Part shown: positions 1 through 9,500 of the stretch, piece after piece
Position numbering within the stretch: position 1 is the first letter of the stretch
Layout: every line of letters starts with the position of its first letter
Assembly (NCBI GenBank): GCA_002189035.1
Contig: NEEC01000509.1
Location: 1-21,342, forward strand
Origin: Utricularia gibba
Taxonomy: Eukaryota; Plantae; Magnoliophyta
DNA: 21,342 nucleotides
Direction of reading: 5' to 3'
Translations under genes and position numbers: made by a program
The notes under the pieces: model-generated
The model's database searches: none
Told to the model about the DNA's origin: nothing
Seen by the model: only the letters and a program-made list of their open reading frames with translations

Positions 1-333
1 CCAGGCTACAACTAACTTTCGGCCCTAACCCAACCTGACCTTTGTCCCGTTCTAGGTGCCCCCAAGACCGCCTCCTCAAGTATAAAGTAAGTTGTTGAAA
101 AAATCATGTGGGGTGCACGTGACATCTTACTTTAAACAAATGCATCATTATTTTCGTCGACTCGCACCCGGTGGGCTCATGAGCCGGACCGAACGCAGCG
201 CCGGACCAAGTGCCCAGTGAGAGTGGCCGACACAAAACGAGAAGTTGTTCCTTGAAAAACCTTGTAGGAAGCCCTGAAAACCGAACGTTAATAAGTGCAT
301 CGCTTTAGTTGCCAGGCTACAACTAACTTTCGG

Positions 334-351
334 CCCTAACCCAACCTGACC
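334..351 (-). repeat. Short degenerate telomere-like run (minus strand GGTCAGGTTGGGTTAGGG), once per monomer
   Basis: The plus strand reads CCCTAACCCAACCTGACC. It contains only one exact TTAGGG, preceded on the minus strand by TTGGG and TCAGG. The sequence is certain; the telomeric origin is not. Confidence 0.35.
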
Positions 352-427
352 TTTGTCCCGTTCTAGGTGCCCCCCAAGACCGCCTCCTCAAGTATAAAGT
401 AAGTTGTTGAAAAAATCATGTGGGGTG

Positions 428-435
428 CACGTGAC
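428..435 (-). promoter_or_regulatory. E-box/G-box motif GTCACGTG (CACGTG core), once per monomer; function unproven
   Basis: Plus-strand CACGTGAC is the reverse complement of GTCACGTG, which matches the bHLH-ZIP (USF/Cbf1-type, RTCACRTG) consensus. This is a motif match only. Confidence 0.2.
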
Positions 436-480
436 ATCTTACTTTAAACAAATGCATCATTATTTTCGTCGACTCGCACC

Positions 481-504
481 CGGTTGGGCTCATGAGCCGG
501 ACCG
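481..504. repeat. 24-bp imperfect palindrome CGGTTGGGCTCA|TGAGCCGGACCG with perfect 12-bp core GGCTCATGAGCC (487-498), present once per monomer
   Basis: The arms pair at 10 of 12 positions (one G-G mismatch, one G-T), with no spacer. Confidence 0.9.
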
Positions 505-520
505 AACGCAGCGCCGGACC
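496..520 (+). repeat. Short internal direct repeat GCCGGACC x2 (496-503 and 513-520), 17 bp apart
   Basis: Read directly from the monomer. The first copy overlaps the right arm of the palindrome. Confidence 0.8.
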
Positions 521-3500
521 AAGTGCCCAGTGAGAGTGGCCGACACAAAACGAGAAGTTGTTCCTTGAAAAACCTTGTAGGAAGCCCCTGAAAACCGAAC
601 GTTAATAAGTGCATCGCTTTAGTTGCCAGGCTACAACTAACTTTCGGCCCTAACCCAACCTGACCTTTGTCCCGTTCTAGTGTGCCCCCAAGACCGCCTC
701 CTCAAGTATAAAGTAAGTTGTTGAAAAAATCATGTGGGGTGCACGTGACATCTTACTTTAAACAAATGCATCATTATTTTCGTCGACTCGCACCCGGTTG
801 GGCTCATGAGCCGGACCGAACGCAGCGCCGGACCAAGTGCCCAGTGAGAGTGGCCGACACAAAACGAGAAGTTGTTCCTTGAAAAACCTTGTAGGAAGCC
901 CCTGAAAACCGAACGTTAATAAGTGCATCGCTTTAGTTGCCAGGCTACAACTAACTTTCGGCCCTAACCCAACCTGACCTTTGTCCCGTTCTAGGTGCCC
1001 CCAAGACCGCCTCCTCAAGTATAAAGTAAGTTGTTGAAAAAATCATGTGGGGTGCACGTGACATCTTACTTTAAACAAATGCATCATTATTTTCGTCGAC
1101 TCGCACCGGTTGGGCTCATGAGCCGGACCGAACGCAGCGCCGGACCAAGTGCCCAGTGAGAGTGGCCGACACAAAACGAGAAGTTGTTCCTTGAAAAACC
1201 TTGTAGGAAGCCCCTGAAAACCGAACGTTAATAAGTGCATCGCTTTAGTTGCCAGGCTACAACTAACTTTCGGCCCTAACCCAACCTGACCTTTGTCCCG
1301 TTCTAGGTGCCCCCCAAGACCGCCTCCTCAAGTATAAAGTAAGTTGTTGAAAAAATCATGTGGGGTGCACGTGACATCTTACTTTAAACAAATGCATCAT
1401 TATTTTCGTCGACTCGCACCCGGTTGGGCTCATGAGCCGGACCGAACGCAGCGCCGGACCAAGTGCCCAGTGAGAGTGGCCGACACAAAACGAGAAGTTG
1501 TTCCTTGAAAAACCTTGTAGGAAGCCCCTGAAAACCGAACGTTAATAAGTGCATCGCTTTAGTTGCCAGGCTACAACTAACTTTCGGCCCTAACCCAACC
1601 TGACCTTTGTCCCCTTCTAGGTGCCCCCCAAGACCGCCTCCTCAAGTATAAAGTAAGTTGTTGAAAAAATCATGGGGTGCACGTGACATCTTACTTTAAA
1701 CAAATGCATCATTATTTTCGTCGACTCGCACCCGGTTGGGCTCATGAGCCGGACCGAACGCAGCGCCGGACCAAGTGCCCAGTGAGAGTGGCCGACACAA
1801 AACGAGAAGTTGTTCCTTGAAAAACCTTGTAGGAAGCCCCTGAAAACCGAACGTTAATAAGTGCATCGCTTTAGTTGCCAGGCTACAACTAACTTTCGGC
1901 CCTAACCCAACCTGACCTTTGTCCCGTTCTAGGTGCCCCCCAAGACCGCCTCCTCAAGTATAAAGTAAGTTGTTGAAAAAATCATGTGGGGTGCACGTGA
2001 CATCTTACTTTAAACAAATGCATCATTATTTTCGTCGACTCGCACCCGGTTGGGCTCATGAGCCGGACCGAACGCAGCGCCGGACCAAGTGCCCAGTGAG
2101 AGTGGCCGACACAAAACGAGAAGTTGTTCCTTGAAAAACCTTGTAGGAAGCCCCTGAAAACCGAACGTTAATAAGTGCATCGCTTTAGTTGCCAGGCTAC
2201 AACTAACTTTCGGCCCTAACCCAACCTGACCTTTGTCCCGTTCTAGGTGCCCCCAAGACCGCCTCCTCAAGTATAAAGTAAGTTGTTGAAAAAATCATGT
2301 GGGGTGCACGTGACATCTTACTTTAAACAAATGCATCATTATTTTCGTCGACTCGCACCCGGTTGGGCTCATGAGCCGGACCGAACGCAGCGCCGGACCA
2401 AGTGCCCAGTGAGAGTGGCCGACACAAAACGAGAAGTTGTTCCTTGAAAAACCTTGTAGGAAGCCCCTGAAACCGAACGTTAATAAGTGCATCGCTTTAG
2501 TTGCCAGGCTACAACTAACTTTCGGCCCTAACCCAACCTGACCTTTGTCCCGTTCTAGGTGCCCCCCAAGACCGCCTCCTCAAGTATAAAGTAAGTTGTT
2601 GAAAAAATCATGTGGGGTGCACGTGACATCTTACTTTAAACAAATGCATCATTATTTTCGTCGACTCGCACCCGGTTGGGCTCATGAGCCGGACCGAACG
2701 CAGCGCCGGACCAAGTGCCCAGTGAGAGTGGCCGACACAAAACGAGAAGTTGTTCCTTGAAAAACCTTGTAGGAAGCCCCTGAAAACCGAACGTTAATAA
2801 GTGCATCGCTTTAGTTGCCAGGCTACAACTAACTTTCGGCCCTAACCCAACCTGACCTTTGTCCCTTCTAGGTGCCCCCAAGACCGCCTCCTCAAGTATA
2901 AAGTAAGTTGTTGAAAAAATCATGTGGGGTGCACGTGACATCTTACTTTAAACAAATGCATCATTATTTTCGTCGACTCGCACCCGGTTGGGCTCATGAG
3001 CCGGACCGAACGCAGCGCCGGACCAAGTGCCCAGTGAGAGTGGCCGACACAAAACGAGAAGTTGTTCCTTGAAAAACCTTGTAGGAAGCCCCTGAAAACC
3101 GAACGTTAATAAGTGCATCGCTTTAGTTGCCAGGCTACAACTAACTTTCGGCCCTAACCCAACCTGACCTTTGTCCCGTTCTAGGTGCCCCCCAAGACCG
3201 CCTCCTCAAGTATAAAGTAAGTTGTTGAAAAAATCATGTGGGGTGCACGTGACATCTTACTTTAAACAAATGCATCATTATTTTCGTCGACTCGCACCCG
3301 GTTGGGCTCATGAGCCGGACCGAACGCAGCGCCGGACCAAGTGCCCAGTGAGAGTGGCCGACACAAAACGAGAAGTTGTTCCTTGAAAAACCTTGTAGGA
3401 AGCCCCTGAAAACCGAACGTTAATAAGTGCATCGCTTTAGTTGCCAGGCTACAACTAACTTTCGGCCCTAACCCAACCTGACCTTTGTCCCGTTCTAGGT

Positions 3501-6500
3501 GCCCCCCAAGACCGCCTCCTCAAGTATAAAGTAAGTTGTTGAAAAAATCATGTGGGGTGCACGTGACATCTTACTTTAAACAAATGCATCATTATTTTCG
3601 TCGACTCGCACCCGGTTGGGCTCATGAGCCGGACCGAACGCAGCGCCGGACCAAGTGCCCAGTGAGAGTGGCCGACACAAAACGAGAAGTTGTTCCTTGA
3701 AAAACCTTGTAGGAAGCCCCTGAAAACCGAACGTTAATAAGTGCATCGCTTTAGTTGCCAGGCTACAACTAACTTTCGGCCCTAACCCAACCTGACCTTT
3801 GTCCCGTTCTAGGTGCCCCCCAAGACCGCCTCCTCAAGTATAAAGTAAGTTGTTGAAAAAATCATGTGGGGTGCACGTGACATCTTACTTTAAACAAATG
3901 CATCATTATTTTCGTCGACTCGCACCCGGTTGGGCTCATGAGCCGGACCGAACGCAGCGCCGGACCAAGTGCCCAGTGAGAGTGGCCGACACAAAACGAG
4001 AAGTTGTTCCTTGAAAAACCTTGTAGGAAGCCCCTGAAAACCGAACGTTAATAAGTGCATCGCTTTAGTTGCCAGGCTACAACTAACTTTCGGCCCTAAC
4101 CCAACCTGACCTTTGTCCCGTTCTAGGTGCCCCAAGACCGCCTCCTCAAGTATAAAGTAAGTTGTTGAAAAAATCATGTGGGGTGCACGTGACATCTTAC
4201 TTTAAACAAATGCATCATTATTTTCGTCGACTCGCACCCGGTTGGGCTCATGAGCCGGACCGAACGCAGCGCCGGACCAAGTGCCCAGTGAGAGTGGCCG
4301 ACACAAAACGAGAAGTTGTTCCTTGAAAAACCTTGTAGGAAGCCCCTGAAAACCGAACGTTAATAAGTGCATCGCTTTAGTTGCCAGGCTACAACTAACT
4401 TTCGGCCCTAACCCAACCTGACCTTTGTCCCCTTCTAGGTGCCCCCAAGACCGCCTCCTCAAGTATAAAGTAAGTTGTTGAAAAAATCATGTGGGGTGCA
4501 CGTGACATTACTTTAAACAAATGCATCATTATTTTCGTCGACTCGCACCCGGTTGGGCTCATGAGCCGGACCGAACGCAGCGCCGGACCAAGTGCCCAGT
4601 GAGAGTGGCCGACACAAAACGAGAAGTTGTTCCTTGAAAAACCTTGTAGGAAGCCCCTGAAAAACGTTAATAAGTGCATCGCTTTAGTTGCCAGGCTACA
4701 ACTAACTTTCGGCCCTAACCCAACCTGACCTTTGTCCCGTTCTAGGTGCCCCCCAAGACCGCCTCCTCAAGTATAAAGTAAGTTGTTGAAAAAATCATGT
4801 GGGGTGCACGTGACATCTTACTTTAAACAAATGCATCATTATTTTCGTCGACTCGCACCCGGTTGGGCTCATGAGCCGGACCGAACGCAGCGCCGGACCA
4901 AGTGCCCAGTGAGAGTGGCCGACACAAAACGAGAAGTTGTTCCTTGAAAAACCTTGTAGGAAGCCCCTGAAAACCGAACGTTAATAAGTGCATCGCTTTA
5001 GTTGCCAGGCTACAACTAACTTTCGGCCCTAACCCAACCTGACCTTTGTCCCGTTCTAGTGCCCCCCAAGACCGCCTCCTCAAGTATAAAGTAAGTTGTT
5101 GAAAAAATCATGGGGTGCACGTGACATCTTACTTTAAACAAATGCATCATTATTTTCGTCGACTCGCACCCGGTTGGGCTCATGAGCCGGACCGAACGCA
5201 GCGCCGGACCAAGTGCCCAGTGAGTGGCCGACACAAAACGAGAAGTTGTTCCTTGAAAAACCTTGTAGGAAGCCCCTGAAAACCGAACGTTAATAAGTGC
5301 ATCGCTTTAGTTGCCAGGCTACAACTAACTTTCGGCCCTAACCCAACCTGACCTTTGTCCCGTTCTAGGTGCCCCCCAAGACCGCCTCCTCAAGTATAAA
5401 GTAAGTTGTTGAAAAAATCATGGGGTGCACGTGACATCTTACTTTAAACAAATGCATCATTATTTTCGTCGACTCGCACCCGGTTGGGCTCATGAGCCGG
5501 ACCGAACGCAGCGCCGGACCAAGTGCCCAGTGAGAGTGGCCGACACAAAACGAGAAGTTGTTCCTTGAAAAACCTTGTAGGAAGCCCCTGAAAACCGAAC
5601 GTTAATAAGTGCATCGCTTTAGTTGCCAGGCTACAACTAACTTTCGCCCTAACCCAACCTGACCTTTGTCCCGTTCTAGGTGCCCCCAAGACCGCCTCCT
5701 CAAGTATAAAGTAAGTTGTTGAAAAAATCATGTGGGGTGCACGTGACATCTTACTTTAAACAAATGCATCATTATTTTCGTCGACTCGCACCCGGTTGGG
5801 CTCATGAGCCGGACCGAACGCAGCGCCGGACCAAGTGCCCAGTGAGAGTGGCCGACAAAACGAGAAGTTGTTCCTTGAAAAACCTTGTAGGAAGCCCCTG
5901 AAAACCGAACGTTAATAAGTGCATCGCTTTAGTTGCCAGGCTACAACTAACTTTCGGCCCTAACCCAACCTGACCTTTGTCCCGTTCTAGGTGCCCCCCA
6001 AGACCGCCTCCTCAAGTATAAAGTAAGTTGTTGAAAAAATCATGTGGGGTGCACGTGACATCTTACTTTAAACAAATGCATCATTATTTTCGTCGACTCG
6101 CACCCGGTTGGGCTCATGAGCCGGACCGAACGCAGCGCCGGACCAAGTGCCCAGTGAGAGTGGCCGACACAAAACGAGAAGTTGTTCCTTGAAAAACCTT
6201 GTAGGAAGCCCCTGAAAACCGAACGTTAATAAGTGCATCGCTTTAGTTGCCAGGCTACAACTAACTTTCGGCCCTAACCCAACCTGACCTTTGTCCCGTT
6301 CTAGGTGCCCCCCAAGACCGCCTCCTCAAGTATAAAGTAAGTTGTTGAAAAAATCATGTGGGGTGCACGTGACATCTTACTTTAAACAAATGCATCATTA
6401 TTTTCGTCGACTCGCACCCGGTTGGGCTCATGAGCCGGACCGAACGCAGCGCCGGACCAAGTGCCCAGTGAGAGTGGCCGACACAAAACGAGAAGTTGTT

Positions 6501-9500
6501 CCTTGAAAAACCTTGTAGGAAGCCCCTGAAAACCGAACGTTAATAAGTGCATCGCTTTAGTTGCCAGGCTACAACTAACTTTCGGCCCTAACCCAACCTG
6601 ACCTTTGTCCCGTTCTAGGTGCCCCCCAAGACCGCCTCCTCAAGTATAAAGTAAGTTGTTGAAAAAATCATGTGGGGTGCACGTGACATCTTACTTTAAA
6701 CAAATGCATCATTATTTTCGTCGACTCGCGCACCGGTTGGGCTCATGAGCCGGACCGAACGCAGCGCCGGACCAAGTGCCCAGTGAGAGTGGCCGACACA
6801 AAACGAGAAGTTGTTCCTTGAAAAACCTTGTAGGAAGCCCCTGAAAACCGAACGTTAATAAGTGCATCGCTTTAGTTGCCAGGCTACAACTAACTTTCGG
6901 CCCTAACCCAACCTGACCTTTGTCCCGTTCTAGGTGCCCCCAAGACCGCCTCCTCAAGTATAAAGTAAGTTGTTGAAAAAATCATGTGGGGTGCACGTGA
7001 CATCTTACTTTAAACAAATGCATCATTATTTTCGTCGACTCGCACCCGGTTGGGCTCATGAGCCGGACCGAACGCAGCGCCGGACCAAGTGCCCAGTGAG
7101 AGTGGCCGACACAAAACGAGAAGTTGTTCCTTGAAAAACCTTGTAGGAAGCCCCTGAAAACCGAACGTTAATAAGTGCATCGCTTTAGTTGCCAGGCTAC
7201 AACTAACTTTCGGCCCTAACCCAACCTGACCTTTGTCCCGTTCTAGGTGCCCCCCAAGACCGCCTCCTCAAGTATAAAGTAAGTTGTTGAAAAAATCATG
7301 TGGGGTGCACGTGACATCTTACTTTAAACAAATGCATCATTATTTTCGTCGACTCGCACCCGGTTGGGCTCATGAGCCGGACCGAACGCAGCGCCGGACC
7401 AAGTGCCCAGTGAGAGTGGCCGACACAAAACGAGAAGTTGTTCCTTGAAAAACCTTGGAAGCCCCTGAAACCGAACGTTAATAAGTGCATCGCTTTAGTT
7501 GCCAGGCTACAACTAACTTTCGGCCCTAACCCAACCTGACCTTTGTCCCGTTCTAGGTGCCCCCCAAGACCGCCTCCTCAAGTATAAAGTAAGTTGTTGA
7601 AAAAATCATGTGGGGTGCACGTGACATCTTACTTTAAACAAATGCATCATTATTTTCGTCGACTCGCACCCGGTTGGGCTCATGAGCCGGACCGAACGCA
7701 GCGCGGACCAAGTGCCCAGTGAGAGTGGCCGACACAAAACGAGAAGTTGTTCCTTGAAAAACCTTGTAGGAAGCCCCTGAAAACCGAACGTTAATAAGTG
7801 CATCGCTTTAGTTGCCAGGCTACAACTAACTTTCGCCCTAACCCAACCTGACCTTTGTCCCGTTCTAGGTGCCCCCAAGACCGCCTCCTCAAGTATAAAG
7901 TAAGTTGTTGAAAAAATCATGTGGGGTGCACGTGACATCTTACTTTAAACAAATGCATCATTATTTTCGTCGACTCGCACCCGGTTGGGCTCATGAGCCG
8001 GACCGAACGCAGCGCCGGACCAAGTGCCCAGTGAGAGTGGCCGACACAAAACGAGAAGTTGTTCCTTGAAAAACCTTGTAGGAAGCCCCTGAAAACCGAA
8101 CGTTAATAAGTGCATCGCTTTAGTTGCCAGGCTACAACTAACTTTCGGCCCTAACCCAACCTGACCTTTGTCCCGTTCTAGGTGCCCCCCAAGACCGCCT
8201 CCTCAAGTATAAAGTAAGTTGTTGAAAAAATCATGTGGGTGCACGTGACATCTTACTTTAAACAAATGCATCATTATTTTCGTCGACTCGCACCCGGTTG
8301 GGCTCATGAGCCGGACCGAACGCAGCGCCGGACCAAGTGCCCAGTGAGAGTGGCCGACACAAAACGAGAAGTTGTTCCTTGAAAAACCTTGTAGGAAGCC
8401 CCTGAAAACCGAACGTTAATAAGTGCATCGCTTTAGTTGCCAGGCTACAACTAACTTTCGGCCCTAACCCAACCTGACCTTTGTCCCGTTCTAGGTGCCC
8501 CCCAAGACCGCCTCCTCAAGTATAAAGTAAGTTGTTGAAAAAATCATGTGGGGTGCACGTGACATCTTACTTTAAACAAATGCATCATTATTTTCGTCGA
8601 CTCGCACCCGGTTGGGCTCATGAGCCGGACCGAACGCAGCGCCGGACCAAGTGCCCAGTGAGAGTGGCCGACAAAACGAGAAGTTGTTCCTTGAAAAACC
8701 TTGTAGAAGCCCCTGAAAACCGAACGTTAATAAGTGCATCGCTTTAGTTGCCAGGCTACAACTAACTTTCGGCCCTAACCCAACCTGACCTTTGTCCCGT
8801 TCTAGGTGCCCCCCAAGACCGCCTCCTCAAGTATAAAGTAAGTTGTTGAAAAAATCATGTGGGGTGCACGTGACATCTTACTTTAAAAATGCATCATTAT
8901 TTTCGTCGACTCGCACCCGGTTGGGCTCATGAGCCGGACCGAACGCAGCGCCGGACCAAGTGCCCAGTGAGAGTGGCCGACACAAAACGAGAAGTTGTTC
9001 CTTGAAAAAACCTTGTAGGAAGCCCCTGAAAACCGAACGTTAATAAGTGCATCGCTTTAGTTGCCAGGCTACAACTAACTTTCGGCCCTAACCCAACCTG
9101 ACCTTTGTCCCGTTCTAGGTGCCCCCAAGACCGCCTCCTCAAGTATAAAGTAAGTTGTTGAAAAAATCATGTGGGGTGCACGTGACATCTTACTTTAAAC
9201 AAATGCATCATTATTTTCGTCGACTCGCACCCGGTTGGGCTCATGAGCCGGACCGAACGCAGCGCCGGACCAAGTGCCCAGTGAGAGTGGCCGACACAAA
9301 ACGAGAAGTTGTTCCTTGAAAAACCTTGTAGGAAGCCCCTGAAAACGAACGTTAATAAGTGCATCGCTTTAGTTGCCAGGCTACAACTAACTTTCGGCCC
9401 TAACCCAACCTGACCTTTGTCCCGTTCTAGGTGCCCCCAAGACCGCCTCCTCAAGTATAAAGTAAGTTGTTGAAAAAATCATGTGGGGTGCACGTGACAT

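Larger units (their letters stand above)
401..615. repeat. Internal diverged direct repeat (401-458 vs 555-615) defining two ~157-bp subunits in each monomer
   Basis: Manual alignment of AAGTTGTT----GAAAAAATCATGTGGGGTGCACGTGACATCTT-ACTTTAAACAAATGCATC with AAGTTGTTCCTTGAAAAA-CCTTGTAGGAAGCCCCTGAAAACCGAACGTTAA-TAAGTGCATC gives 42 identities in 63 columns (~67%). TGCATC sits at 453 and 610, exactly half a monomer (157 bp) apart. Confidence 0.8.
312..625. repeat. Representative consensus monomer (copy 2), 314 bp, ~50% GC, one SalI site (GTCGAC, 468-473) per unit
   Basis: This copy carries the majority base at every position I compared. Hand count: 156/314 G+C (86 C, 70 G) and 18 CpG (observed/expected ~0.94). 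Confidence 0.95.

Noticed and set aside
409-428. Resemblance of AAAAATCATGTGGGGTGC to a word I recall from grass centromeric satellites (CentO/CentC)
   Set aside because: The match is short, from memory, and I could not extend it convincingly. It needs a BLASTN with small word size against those consensus sequences before any family assignment.
340-435. Budding-yeast point centromere (CDEI match GTCACGTG)
   Set aside because: The motif is not followed by a very AT-rich ~80-bp CDEII or a CDEIII element, and point centromeres are not tandemly arrayed.
445-500. Hammerhead ribozyme/retrozyme on the minus strand (CUCAUGA-GCCC-AACC-GGGU ... CGAAA)
   Set aside because: The invariant core is not met: CUCAUGA instead of CUGANGA, GCGA rather than GAAA after the would-be stem II, and no stem I pairing. 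The plus strand also lacks a CUGANGA core.
463-500. CENP-B box
   Set aside because: None of the TTCG or CCCG words fits the TTCGNNNNANNCGGG core on either strand.
425-603. Apparent cluster of 6-bp palindromic restriction sites (GTGCAC, CACGTG, TTTAAA, ATGCAT, GTCGAC, TCATGA, AACGTT), suggesting a synthetic polylinker
   Set aside because: Seven sites in 314 bp versus about five expected by chance is not an enrichment, and they are scattered rather than contiguous.
312-625. 5S rDNA, tRNA or SINE tandem unit
   Set aside because: I see no 5S-like sequence on either strand and no cloverleaf. The closest B-box-like word (minus-strand GTTCGGTCC) mismatches GTTCRANNC and lacks a proper A box at a suitable distance.
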